DNA of 64,000 bases from IMG/VR virus record IMGVR_UViG_3300043570_004127, positions 105,328-169,327 of that record. The stretch is one strand, 5' to 3'. A program made the translations under genes and the position numbers. The notes beneath the pieces are model-generated. The model was not told where the DNA came from. It saw nothing but the letters and a program-made list of their open reading frames with translations, and did no database searches. This stretch comes from a virus. Shown here in pieces: positions 53,789 through 63,749 of the stretch. Each line of letters begins with the position of its first letter. Within the stretch, counting starts at the first letter, position 1.

Positions 53789-54183
53789 TTTGTGACCTCC
53801 TGGGAAAGCGTAAATACACCCTCGATAACCCTGTCTATTTCGTTATTTGGGGAAATTATCTCTATGTCGTACACACCAGAAGAGGTAATGTCCAATGTAT
53901 CCTCGGCGCGAATGAATAGCCTCAACCCACCGGGCTCTTCATCCAGGAATATTCGGCCGTTCTCCGTAGTGAGGGTGATTAACGATGTTGCCGAGTTGAC
54001 GTATTTTCGGACTGTCATTCTTGCTCGATACTCGGAAAGCTCCCAATTTAGGTATTCTGGGCATACATTCGGGTCTTCGCAATCAGCGGGATATTCAGGA
54101 TTTGGGTATTGCAAAATCATCAAAATGTCAAATGTAGAACCCTGCTGACAGGCTATGTTGTACTTTCCAGCAATCATTGACAC
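53785..54183 (-). CDS. Phage structural protein (BppU-N-like Ig fold)
   Basis: AGKYNI..QQGSTF...GVYDIEI...RVIEG.F..SQEVT; SD GGAGA before GTG. Confidence 0.7.
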   Translation of the reverse strand: MSMIAGKYNIACQQGSTFDILMILQYPNPEYPADCEDPNVCPEYLNWELSEYRARMTVRKYVNSATSLITLTTENGRIFLDEEPGGLRLFIRAEDTLDITSSGVYDIEIISPNNEIDRVIEGVFTLSQEVTK

Positions 54184-54250
54184 GTGTTTTCTCCAATCAA
54201 ATACCTAAAAGATTGTAGATGAGATAACACCCTTGTGGGTGTACGTGTAT

Positions 54251-54466
54251 TTAAAGGACTGAGCCAGAATCCTTGTTTGAGCCAACATTCTTGAGGCCCA
54301 TCGCCATGGCGATTGAAGCGGCAACAGCCACAACACCGATTTTCACATTTGCCATGTCGGTAAGCGCGTTGAAGTCAGAACCAGCTACGACCCAGGCGCC
54401 AAGGTATGCCTGAACGAATGTCTTTGCTGCTCTTTCGGCTGTATCTACAATGAATTTGCTGTTCAT
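54251..54466 (-). CDS. Holin (r1t-like)
   Basis: DTAERAAKTFVQA motif, two hydrophobic segments, 71 aa; SD AGGAG. Confidence 0.8.
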   Translation of the reverse strand: MNSKFIVDTAERAAKTFVQAYLGAWVVAGSDFNALTDMANVKIGVVAVAASIAMAMGLKNVGSNKDSGSVL

Positions 54467-54580
54467 GATTTTCTCCTAGTTCGGGTCGTTCCCGTTGGTC
54501 CATCTTACCCGATGAGACATGCAACCAAAGTCAAGTGAATAGCATATTCCTGGATAGTCCTTATCGTATAAACTCGACAA

Positions 54581-55021
54581 GTGGAAAAATATATTTCAGA
54601 ATTTGGCCTATACCCGATTGTCATACGCCAATCTAGGTATTCGGGAATATACGAGGGTGGCTTGTGGTTCGCGATTCCCAATCATGACGAAACAAATTTA
54701 GTCGAATCATACGTTGATTACCTACATGGAGATGATTGTGATGCTGTTGATTTCTGGGATTCTGATATAGTAAAAACCTTCGGCGTTGGGGGCACCCCAG
54801 ACGAAGCTGTTGCTGACCTACTTACAAAGCACAAGGGCACGCAACCTAGACAAGACGAAGAATCCGCATACATGGAAATACGTAATAACTTTCAGTCAAC
54901 AATAGAAGAGCGTAAATCGAGTTCTATTCGTAACCCTCAAATTACTTCTGACATACATCTTGAGCGCACAAATTATTTTGAACAAAGTTCTGGATACAAA
55001 AGCGATGATAGGTTTTCATAA
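54581..55021 (+). CDS. Hypothetical protein
   Basis: GTG preceded by TAAACT-N6; YPIVIRQSRYSGIYEGG.W, VGGTPDEAVADL. Confidence 0.7.
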   Translation: MEKYISEFGLYPIVIRQSRYSGIYEGGLWFAIPNHDETNLVESYVDYLHGDDCDAVDFWDSDIVKTFGVGGTPDEAVADLLTKHKGTQPRQDEESAYMEIRNNFQSTIEERKSSSIRNPQITSDIHLERTNYFEQSSGYKSDDRFS

Positions 55022-56112
55022 TGCCGAGAAACAATAAACCAACTATTGGATTTTTAACTGGTGATTGGTCTTGGGGAACAGACCCACTACAGCCAAACGG
55101 ATGCGCTTGGTACAGATGTACCTTGCCATTAAACGAATTAACAAAGTATGGTTGGGTTTGTGGAATAGGTTTTCCTGGTTTCACTCAAGAAAAAGGATTT
55201 GGTCTAATCGTGAACAACGACCAAATCTTGCAGGGTTGGGACATACTCGTTTTCAAACTATTAATGCAACAACAAGTTTTGGATTACATACCTAGAGCGA
55301 GAGAGCTTGGGCAAAAAATAGTTGTTGATGTTGATGATTGGTTCGACGGTCTGCATGAATCAAATCGGGCACACTCTGCAACAGACCCCAAAAAAAATCC
55401 TACAAATAATCGTGAAATTTATGCACAAATAATTATGGAGGCGGACGCCGTAATAACCTCGACTCCGTTCCTATATGACTACTACTCATCGAAGCGGGCA
55501 AATGTTTTTATGGTGAGGAACGGAATTGATATTGACAGATGGACTCCGCGAAGAGGGAGACCAAATCATCGCTTGAATATTGGATGGGTTGGTGCTACAC
55601 CGTGGCGGTCGGGTGACCTAGAGCAATTGTCGCCTTGGTTTTCGAGGTATCTGAAAACGCGGAACATGCATTTTCATCATTCTGGGCACACAATCAATGC
55701 CCCTTTCGCTAGTGATTTACTTGGTGTTGAGAAACGCATGTCCAAGACACTGCCATTGGCTCCGATTATCGATTACCCAAAACTATTTGCACCAATTGAT
55801 ATAGGCATAGTTCCGCTTAGCGACGTCCCATTTAATCATGCTAAATCTTTCATAAAAGGTCTCGAATATGCTGCCGCTGGCGTACCTTTCATATCTTCGT
55901 ATTCACCAGAATATCAATACCTAGCAGACCAGGGAATTGGGAGAATTGCCAACACGCAAGAGGAATGGGTATATCACCTTGACGAGCTACGAATTCCAAC
56001 AAAAAGAAGAGATGAAATAGAACACAATCGGGAATTTTTAAAGAACTTTACTGTAGAGAAACGCGGTGAAGATTGGGATACTGTTATGAAATACATTAAG
56101 GACAAAATATGA
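55021..56112 (+). CDS. GT-B fold glycosyltransferase (GT4-like)
   Basis: GCAWYR...P, VVDVDD, ADAVITSTPFL, IGWVG, DIGIVPL...FN.AKS.IK.LEYAAAGVPFI.S. Confidence 0.88.
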   Translation: MPRNNKPTIGFLTGDWSWGTDPLQPNGCAWYRCTLPLNELTKYGWVCGIGFPGFTQEKGFGLIVNNDQILQGWDILVFKLLMQQQVLDYIPRARELGQKIVVDVDDWFDGLHESNRAHSATDPKKNPTNNREIYAQIIMEADAVITSTPFLYDYYSSKRANVFMVRNGIDIDRWTPRRGRPNHRLNIGWVGATPWRSGDLEQLSPWFSRYLKTRNMHFHHSGHTINAPFASDLLGVEKRMSKTLPLAPIIDYPKLFAPIDIGIVPLSDVPFNHAKSFIKGLEYAAAGVPFISSYSPEYQYLADQGIGRIANTQEEWVYHLDELRIPTKRRDEIEHNREFLKNFTVEKRGEDWDTVMKYIKDKI

Positions 56113-56819
56113 TTACGATTGCAACAACAGTTCATCCGTTCGTAATGGATAATCCAGACCACTGGGGCTCATGGATGAAAAATGCCGAACAAGTAAAAGC
56201 TGAGTATCAACGATTCGGAGATTGGGCAGCAATTCAGTACTTCGCCGCAATCCAGGTTGATGCAAGGGGGACTGAACCGCTTTTACCGTTTATTGAACGT
56301 CTTGAGTCAATAGGTGGAAAATACTGGACATACCTACTAGATGACGGTCGTACCGAGGTAAGTACAAAAAATCGTGTTCGCCATATAACCGTCGGACAAA
56401 ATTTAGCAAATGATTTTGCAATGTCACATCCAGAATGTACACACATGTTGTTTTTGGCTGCAGACACAATGCCACCAGATGACATTCTCCCCAAAATGCT
56501 CGAGATGAACCACCCCCTCTGCGCTCCATACATCACCACATATGGTCTGCGTGGACCAACGATTGACAAGTACCCCTTCCCGGTGATGGACACCATGGCT
56601 TCAGCAGCTGCGATATTCATGGATAGGAATGTTTTTTCCGGTATTAGGTGGAGGTGGGATATGGATAAAAACATGTCTGATGACCCATGTTTCCACCACG
56701 ATGCTCTTCATTATCTCAACATTCCAACTTATGTGCGCGAGGACTGTATTGCTCGACACTTCCCAGAAGCAGTTGGGGCTATCGAGACACGTGGTCACGA
56801 TATGACAATTCACAGATGA
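56109..56819 (+). CDS. GT-A fold glycosyltransferase-like protein
   Basis: GQNLA...THMLFLAADT.PP.D.L..ML, SDDPCF, C.ARH. Confidence 0.65.
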   Translation: MITIATTVHPFVMDNPDHWGSWMKNAEQVKAEYQRFGDWAAIQYFAAIQVDARGTEPLLPFIERLESIGGKYWTYLLDDGRTEVSTKNRVRHITVGQNLANDFAMSHPECTHMLFLAADTMPPDDILPKMLEMNHPLCAPYITTYGLRGPTIDKYPFPVMDTMASAAAIFMDRNVFSGIRWRWDMDKNMSDDPCFHHDALHYLNIPTYVREDCIARHFPEAVGAIETRGHDMTIHR

Positions 56820-57376
56820 TAAAAAAATTACGAAAGTTTCATACCGCTAAAGAATTAGCAAAAATTTATGCTACGCCACATGACCATGCAATTTATGGGC
56901 GTGGACATGGAATTCGAGTAAACACAACAATTCAACTCGCCAAGGATATGGCATATCAAGCAGAGGCAAAATCAGTTGCTGACCTGAGTTGTGGTAATGG
57001 TGCAATTGTCAAAGCATTAAATGTTGAGAAGACCATACTCGGCGATTATGCAGAGGGCCATGAATACTCTGGTCCGCTTGAAGTTAATTTAAAAAAGATT
57101 GAAAATGTAGACTTGTATATTTGCTCTGAAAGCATTGAGCATGTTGAAGACCCAAGTTCGGTTTTAAAATCAATAAGAGATAAATCTAAAATGCTTGTTC
57201 TATCAACTCCAATTGATGCTTGGTATGACACCAACGAAGAGCACTACTGGGCTTGGGGTAGACAAGATGTTGAAACTCTTCTGAAGAATGCTGGGTGGAA
57301 CCCAGATGTTTTTATCATGCTTGATACAACAGTATTTGGCGAACCATACATATACGGAATGTGGGGATGTAAGTGA
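56816..57376 (+). CDS. Class I SAM-dependent methyltransferase
   Basis: SVADLSCGNG, DLYICSESIEHVEDP, LVLSTP; start ATG 56816. Confidence 0.85.
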   Translation: MIKKLRKFHTAKELAKIYATPHDHAIYGRGHGIRVNTTIQLAKDMAYQAEAKSVADLSCGNGAIVKALNVEKTILGDYAEGHEYSGPLEVNLKKIENVDLYICSESIEHVEDPSSVLKSIRDKSKMLVLSTPIDAWYDTNEEHYWAWGRQDVETLLKNAGWNPDVFIMLDTTVFGEPYIYGMWGCK

Positions 57377-58245
57377 AGATTCTTATTACTGGCGACGCTG
57401 GTTTTGTGGGGGGGTATTTTCACAAAGCGCTTGATGGCCACGACATAGTGGGCGTAGATATAAAAAACGGAATAGACGCCCGTAAATTTTTTGCAACAGA
57501 CGAAACCTGCTTCGACCTAGTGGTTCATTTAGCGGCGATAGTTGGAGGAAGAGCAACAATTGAGGGTGAGCCATTATCGGTTGCAGTCGACCTTGCTATT
57601 GATTCTGAGTTATTTCAGTGGGCGCTGAGAACAAAACCGGGAAGAATTGTCTACTACTCATCCTCGGCTGCTTATCCAATAAAGCTGCAAGATTATGGTT
57701 CTACGCATCAACTAGTAGAAACGGATATTGATTTAAATGACATCCAATCCCCCGACTACACATACGGTTGGGCAAAACTCACCGGAGAGATGCTCGCCGG
57801 CTATGCAGAAAAAGAGGGACTAAGAGTTCATGTGTTCCGTCCATTTTCTGGATACGGAGAGGACCAATCGCTAGACTACCCGTTCCCATCATTCATTAAA
57901 CGTGGTGTCGACAAAGCAAATCCATTCAAAATTTGGGGTTCGGGAAATCAGGTAAGAGACTTTATACATATGGATGATGTTGTTGCTGCAACCATCGAGG
58001 CGGTTAGACAAGACGTTCAAGGTCCCATAAATCTTGGTTTGGGAAGACCTACTTCATTTAACGAACTAGCAGCGCTTGTTTCTAGTGAGTGCGGATACTC
58101 TCCGGAGATAGAACATGTACTCGGAGCCCCCGAGGGTGTTCAGTATCGTTGTAGCGACCCGGCGAAAATGCTTTCCTTCTATACTCCAAAGATATCTCTT
58201 GAAGAAGGAATTAGCAGGGCTGTTAATTATTTCAAATGTAATTAA
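57373..58245 (+). CDS. NAD-dependent nucleotide-sugar epimerase/dehydratase (extended SDR)
   Basis: ILITGDAGFVG, HLAAIVGG, SSSAAY, YGWAK, RPFSGYG, WGSG.QVRDFIH. Confidence 0.92.
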   Translation: MKILITGDAGFVGGYFHKALDGHDIVGVDIKNGIDARKFFATDETCFDLVVHLAAIVGGRATIEGEPLSVAVDLAIDSELFQWALRTKPGRIVYYSSSAAYPIKLQDYGSTHQLVETDIDLNDIQSPDYTYGWAKLTGEMLAGYAEKEGLRVHVFRPFSGYGEDQSLDYPFPSFIKRGVDKANPFKIWGSGNQVRDFIHMDDVVAATIEAVRQDVQGPINLGLGRPTSFNELAALVSSECGYSPEIEHVLGAPEGVQYRCSDPAKMLSFYTPKISLEEGISRAVNYFKCN

Positions 58246-58344
58246 AACTTTAATTTTTTTTTACAAATACATGTTGGGCGTTAAGAACTTGTCGGTTCAA
58301 TAATCCCTAAATGGTAGAATTGGAGGTCTTTTTAAGGAGGCCCC

Positions 58345-61300
58345 ATGTTTGTACGGCGTCGCCGCGTTAATAAGCCTGCATTGATAATGGCTGTTCCTTC
58401 GGTATTCCTTTTGCTGGTATCAATTTTTGGTTTTTCCGCTCCAGTGCAGGCATTGTCGCCTGTTTTTGAGTCAACTGCGGCAGCAAAGGTGACCCTGGGT
58501 TCGTTGGCAAGCCGAACCCAATGCAAGGTTCTGGGCAAGCAGGGGATTGGTCCATACACGATGACCGGCACCGACTCCGCATCCAATAGTTCCTACTCCT
58601 ATGTAACCGACAAGGACTACACGCGAGAACAGCAGTTGTACGAAGGCCAAGAAGCGACTACCCAGAACCTGTCCTACTCAACATCTACAGGAGAAGCATA
58701 TGGTGGACGTAGTGGAGTAATTCGTCTCTTCTCTTCTGGCATTATTTCCTATGCCAATACTTGTAATAATCATGGAACATACGGTTCGGCGTTTGGACCA
58801 GAAATATGGACCGAGCCGTTTCCTGCTACGGCAAATCAATCAATTTCTTTTGACTGGGCCGCCGCTGGTGGTGGTGATGACTACGAAGCATACGGATACT
58901 TGGTTCGGGTTTCAGCCAGTGGAAACACATACGACTATGGCTCTAGTGCTACTTCAACTTTGGTTTCATATGGACGTGGGCAAAACCAAGGTTGGGTTAC
59001 GTCTAGTGGCATAGTCCCATCTACTGGTTATTACAGATTTAGGTTCGTTAATGGTTCCTATGACGCAACGGGCGGCCAAGTCCTTGGTGCGTCAATGTAT
59101 ATTGACTCGGCAATATCTGTAGCCAGCGCAAACACTATTACCTTCGCTCAGCCTGCTGACATAGTTACCTCTTCGTCAAACCAGACATTTACTGTCTCAG
59201 CCACTGCCACTTCTGGACTGTCGGTTACTTTTACATCCAGCACTACAGGCAAATGCACCGTTGGCTCGTCAACTGATAGTGGTGGAACTTCAACTGCAAC
59301 GGTGACGGTTTTGGCTAGTCAAACAGGAACTTGCACCATCTCCGCAAACAGTTCTTCTAATAACTCATATGTAGCAGCGGCCACGGTAAGTCAGTCGTTT
59401 ACTCTACTTGCAGGGGCCACTGCTCCAACAACATCTGGCGGAACATCAATGTCTGGAACTGTTGAGTATGGAGAAACTCTGACCGCAGTCGATGGAACCT
59501 GGGGTGACGGTGGCTCTGCTGTAACTGCGACAACCTATCAGTGGCAATCCTGCAACCCTTCTTCGTGCACATGGACAAATATATCTGGCGCAACATCCTC
59601 AACATACGTGGTTGGTTCGGGTGATGTTGCGAAACAAATACGAGTAGCCGTAACCAAAACAAACTCAATTGGTTCACTAACGGCAAACTCGGCTGCGTCA
59701 ATCACGGTTCCAGCCCTAACATCTGTCATTGTTGAAAATCTCTCAGATACCTCTGACTCTGGTTCTTTACGTTGGGCCATCACTACAGCAAACGCTTCAG
59801 CCACTATTAACACGATTACCTTTGCTCCAGGAAACACTGGAACAATCACCCTTACTTCTGACCTGCCCGCGATTACTGATGGCGTAACAATTACCGGAAC
59901 AGGTATGGCTACGACGATTATTGACGGCATGAATTTGTACCGAGCAATTTATAACAATGGCTCAAGAACGATTGTTATTGAGGACATAACATTCAAACAA
60001 GGTAAAAATGTGTCATGGAACGGTGGTCTGATTTACAACGCCTCCGGAACAATGACGTTCAATCGTATAAAGATTTCCAATCATTCATCGTGGGCTTTCT
60101 ACCAGGGCGGCGGTGGAGTGACCACATTCAATGATTCCCAATTTACAAATAACGGTTATGCAATTACATCTGACCACGGTGATACCCCGTCGGCCTTAAG
60201 TCTTACGGATACCAATTACTCAAACCGCATTTATGTCAATGGCTCTACATTTACATCAAATACTTATGGTATTCGTACCGAGCGCTTTGTCAAAATAAAT
60301 AACAGCCAGTTCACAGGAAACACACAGGTTGGTGCATATTTAGGAGGGCTCAACCGTCAGCAAGTTCTAAATTCGACATTTACTTCAAACGGTGTTGGCG
60401 TGTACTTCTCGTCATGGATTCCGACAAGTTGGGCGGTTGGCGCTGGCAACCAAACGGTTTCAGGTAACACATTCAATGGAAACACAACCGCTATTCAGTT
60501 TTCAAACAATTGGAATGACGGCTCTTCGGTATACAACGGAGTAAGTGCGAACTCGTTCTCCACAGCCAGTGGAAATACTTTTGGTGTTACTGCGCTAAAC
60601 ACAAACAATTTCTCAGGCTCTGGATATGTCGAGTCCAACAACACGATTACTGCGGCGTACCTTAATCCAGTTACAAACCTGACTGCCGTTGCGAACGCAG
60701 ATGGAAGTGTTGACCTTGATTGGGATGCATCGGCGGCAAGTAATGCTTCTATCTACGGTTACTCAGTTAGTTTCTACGACCTCACCGTAATCGGTGGAGC
60801 AACATCGGGTGGTTGGGGAGTTTGGACTAATCAAGGAACCAACTACTCGTTGAGCACTGAAATGTTCTCTGGTAGCAATCCTGTCACGACTGGATATGGA
60901 CCCGTTCGTTTCGGCATCAAAGCAATGACGGCTGGGTGTGCTGGGGTTGGAACTGGTAGTTGCACCTATGGTCCTGAAGTAACCGTTGATGCAACTGTTC
61001 TTGACCCGACACCCACTTCATCTACTACTACAACTACGACCAGTACGACCGTCGTTCCTGTCGTCGTGACTCCCCCAGACGGTACAACAGTGCCACTCCC
61101 GCAATACCCAGAGCCTGAAACAGAACCCACAACGGTGACGCTTCCCATAGGAACAGGAACAGAAACTGAATTGCCAACAGAGACAATTCCAGAATACTCA
61201 GAACCAATTGGAATAGACCCAACAGAAACCGAAACGGTAGTAGTAATAATTCCACCAGATGATTATACCGTCACAGACATAGAAGACAACGAGCCAATCA

Positions 61301-62673
61301 CAACGGTCATATTGGACAATATTCTTGAAAATACGTTCACTACTGATATTGAAGCTGACGAGGTTGGCGCTGTTCTTGACACACTTCTTGGTGCAGAACT
61401 TACCAACACACAGTTTGACAATGTCCTAGAAGCCGTGTTCACCGAAGATGTTTCGGCAGATGTATTCACCGAAGCGCTGACGACGATGCTGGATGCAGAC
61501 ATCACTAGCGAACAGTTGACGGCAGTTTTGGATTCAGCATTCTCGGAAGATACTTCTGCTGAGAATATGGTGTCGGCTTTGGTGTCAATCTTTGATGGTC
61601 CGCTTAGTTCTGGCGACCTAGACACAGTTATGGCCGCAGTGTTTGACGAGGACATTTCGGCCGCGGACACCATGACGGTTCTCGGAGACTTGCTCGAAAC
61701 AAACCTGAGCATGTCAGAAACAGAAGCAATCTTTGACAGTGTGTTTGACGGCGACCTTTCTGATGCAGAAACCATTGACCTCATCGTTGATGTATTGGAG
61801 GACGGTCTAACCGCAGAGAATTTGGGCGCTGCTCTTGGCGCGGTATTTGACGAAGAAGTAAGCACCGAAGTTTTGATTGAAACCTTTACCGCCGTTTTGG
61901 ATAACGAACTAAATTCCGAATCAGTAGCAGTCATCGTAGATGTGTTGGAATCCGACACAATTACGAGCGAGCAGGTCGGACAAGTAGTCACGTTAGTAAT
62001 AGAGCAGGAAGGCGGCATTGAGTCAGGCCAAGCAACCGAACTTGCAACTAGCGCCAAGGTTCTCGAAAGCATTGACGGCGAACAAGCATCCGCAGTGTTT
62101 AATGCAATCGTTGTTGCTGAGGTTTCAGAAGAAGCTGGTGCTGCAATTTCCGAAGCACTCACCGAGGCACCAACCGATGTTAAGGAATCATTTGAAGAAG
62201 AAATCAACGTATTCGCCGGCGTGTTCGATACGTATACCGCATTAGGTTCTTCTATAGATGTTGGTACAAGAAGAAGCGTAATTGCGGTAAACTTGGTGAC
62301 CAGTACTGTGGCTCTAGCCGCTGCTGCTGGTGGAATACCAACCCCAGGCTCTAGTCCATCTGCACCAAGACAAGATGTTGCGGTTCGCAAGGAAGAAGAG
62401 CAAGAGGAAGGCGGAGCAATCGAGGGCGAAGGTCCTGATTGGATTAAGCGGATATCTATTTACAAATATGAAGATGGAGTGAGAGTTATGGACTGGAAGA
62501 ACTTTACAAGAAAGTTTGTTTACGGAATTCTGGCATCTGGGTTTACCCTTGCTGGCGCGACAGTAATGTACTTTACCCTCTCTGGCCTGACTCAACAGAT
62601 TGCCCTCTGGGGAACCTTGCTCGCGTTTGCTGGTTCCATGTATCTCCACATGAAGGAGCCAGACGAGGGCTAG
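58345..62673 (+). CDS. Giant secreted/membrane-anchored protein (Ig-like, beta-helix, acidic helical repeats)
   Basis: Basic-hydrophobic N-terminal signal (RRRRVNK...PVQA), GSLRWAI..AN beta-helix leader, acidic 17-aa repeats, two C-terminal TM segments; SD AAGGAGG and upstream TAGAAT. Confidence 0.8.
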   Translation: MFVRRRRVNKPALIMAVPSVFLLLVSIFGFSAPVQALSPVFESTAAAKVTLGSLASRTQCKVLGKQGIGPYTMTGTDSASNSSYSYVTDKDYTREQQLYEGQEATTQNLSYSTSTGEAYGGRSGVIRLFSSGIISYANTCNNHGTYGSAFGPEIWTEPFPATANQSISFDWAAAGGGDDYEAYGYLVRVSASGNTYDYGSSATSTLVSYGRGQNQGWVTSSGIVPSTGYYRFRFVNGSYDATGGQVLGASMYIDSAISVASANTITFAQPADIVTSSSNQTFTVSATATSGLSVTFTSSTTGKCTVGSSTDSGGTSTATVTVLASQTGTCTISANSSSNNSYVAAATVSQSFTLLAGATAPTTSGGTSMSGTVEYGETLTAVDGTWGDGGSAVTATTYQWQSCNPSSCTWTNISGATSSTYVVGSGDVAKQIRVAVTKTNSIGSLTANSAASITVPALTSVIVENLSDTSDSGSLRWAITTANASATINTITFAPGNTGTITLTSDLPAITDGVTITGTGMATTIIDGMNLYRAIYNNGSRTIVIEDITFKQGKNVSWNGGLIYNASGTMTFNRIKISNHSSWAFYQGGGGVTTFNDSQFTNNGYAITSDHGDTPSALSLTDTNYSNRIYVNGSTFTSNTYGIRTERFVKINNSQFTGNTQVGAYLGGLNRQQVLNSTFTSNGVGVYFSSWIPTSWAVGAGNQTVSGNTFNGNTTAIQFSNNWNDGSSVYNGVSANSFSTASGNTFGVTALNTNNFSGSGYVESNNTITAAYLNPVTNLTAVANADGSVDLDWDASAASNASIYGYSVSFYDLTVIGGATSGGWGVWTNQGTNYSLSTEMFSGSNPVTTGYGPVRFGIKAMTAGCAGVGTGSCTYGPEVTVDATVLDPTPTSSTTTTTTSTTVVPVVVTPPDGTTVPLPQYPEPETEPTTVTLPIGTGTETELPTETIPEYSEPIGIDPTETETVVVIIPPDDYTVTDIEDNEPITTVILDNILENTFTTDIEADEVGAVLDTLLGAELTNTQFDNVLEAVFTEDVSADVFTEALTTMLDADITSEQLTAVLDSAFSEDTSAENMVSALVSIFDGPLSSGDLDTVMAAVFDEDISAADTMTVLGDLLETNLSMSETEAIFDSVFDGDLSDAETIDLIVDVLEDGLTAENLGAALGAVFDEEVSTEVLIETFTAVLDNELNSESVAVIVDVLESDTITSEQVGQVVTLVIEQEGGIESGQATELATSAKVLESIDGEQASAVFNAIVVAEVSEEAGAAISEALTEAPTDVKESFEEEINVFAGVFDTYTALGSSIDVGTRRSVIAVNLVTSTVALAAAAGGIPTPGSSPSAPRQDVAVRKEEEQEEGGAIEGEGPDWIKRISIYKYEDGVRVMDWKNFTRKFVYGILASGFTLAGATVMYFTLSGLTQQIALWGTLLAFAGSMYLHMKEPDEG
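61384..61944 (+). repeat. About 11 tandem 17-aa acidic amphipathic repeats
   Basis: LLGAELTNTQFDNVLEA / VFTEDVSADVFTEALTT / MLDADITSEQLTAVLDS / AFSEDTSAENMVSALVS ... Confidence 0.8.
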
Positions 62674-62746
62674 TAGATATAGATAAACCTATTCGTGCTG
62701 TAAAATAAACTAGTTCCAAACTGGAAGATATTGGGAGATTTCAACT

Positions 62747-63496
62747 ATGAGCAAACTTGCGTGGGACTACATCGTTCCAATGATTATGCCTGCCGACCTG
62801 AAAGGGGTTACACCTGGAAAACTGCCTGAATCATTGCTCAGAGCAATACCAACCGGAGGGAAACTCCACCACCGAGCAGCAGACGCATGGAACGCGATGG
62901 TCGCAAAAGCCAAAGCAGACGGAGTCGAGCTTAAGCCCACGAGTTCCGGCGATTTATATCGCACATACGAGAGCCAACTGGCGGGCTTCAAGCAGCGCTA
63001 CGTTTTGGAACCAGTTGCAGGAACAAGCACGAAGACGTTCGAAGGAAAAACCTGGTACCTGAAAAAGGGTATGGCCATGCTGGCGACACCGGGTAAGTCG
63101 AATCATAATCTCGGTTTGGCCATTGACATTGCCAGCGCGTCAGAACCAAAGCGATTGAATTGGCTAGTTGCAAACGTTAAAGATTTTGGATTCAGTTGGG
63201 AAGTTGTTCCAAGTGAACCATGGCATATTCGTCTAGTTACTGGCGACAAGCCAACACCAGCAGTGATGGCATTTATCGGCGGCGCTGCTCCTGTGGCAAG
63301 TCCAGCCGCAGCAGCACCAGCAGGCGAACACAAAGCCCTACAAGAGGCCCTGAAGGCCAAAGGATTCTATAAGGGTGAAATCAACGGTCAGAAAGACGCT
63401 GCGACAGATGCAGCAGTCAAGGCTTTCAAGGTTGCGAATAAACTAAACGCAGATTCTGTTGTCGGTCCAAAAGTAAAAGAATTGCTCGGACTCTAG
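62747..63496 (+). CDS. Endolysin: M15 (VanY-like) peptidase plus peptidoglycan-binding domain
   Basis: YRTYESQ, ATPGKSNHNLGLAID, SEPWH; C-terminal LQEALKAKGF...T.AAVKAF....L.AD.VVGP. Confidence 0.9.
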   Translation: MSKLAWDYIVPMIMPADLKGVTPGKLPESLLRAIPTGGKLHHRAADAWNAMVAKAKADGVELKPTSSGDLYRTYESQLAGFKQRYVLEPVAGTSTKTFEGKTWYLKKGMAMLATPGKSNHNLGLAIDIASASEPKRLNWLVANVKDFGFSWEVVPSEPWHIRLVTGDKPTPAVMAFIGGAAPVASPAAAAPAGEHKALQEALKAKGFYKGEINGQKDAATDAAVKAFKVANKLNADSVVGPKVKELLGL

Positions 63497-63500
63497 CACC

Positions 63501-63749
63501 ATGACTGAGGTTATTGTTGCGCTTGTTGGTGTAATCGGACTTGTCGCCGTAGCCCTAATCGAAAAAGACCGCCGCTCATCAAAGCTGATGTGGGAAGAAA
63601 ACAAAACAGACCACAACTATGTTGTTGAGAAGATTGAAACTCTTGGCAAAAGTCTTGGGCGTTCGATTGATAAAACCAATAAATCACTCGACAGGGTTGA
63701 AGACAAGCTCGACACACACATTCGTGACCACGCAGTAGGGGACCTCTAA
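63501..63749 (+). CDS. Membrane protein of the lysis cassette (N-terminal TM plus coiled coil)
   Basis: VIVALVGVIGLVAVAL followed by LDRVEDKLDTHIRDH. Confidence 0.7.
   Translation: MTEVIVALVGVIGLVAVALIEKDRRSSKLMWEENKTDHNYVVEKIETLGKSLGRSIDKTNKSLDRVEDKLDTHIRDHAVGDL

Noticed and set aside
58240-58262. Intrinsic terminator after the epimerase
   Set aside because: The stem is all A/T with a 2-nt loop; too weak to call despite the T run
61263-62390. Long antisense ORFs (also 6603-7295, 4599-5231, 14464-15108, 40138-40845 and many shorter ones)
   Set aside because: Shadows of strongly biased coding strands, fully overlapping well-supported genes and lacking motifs
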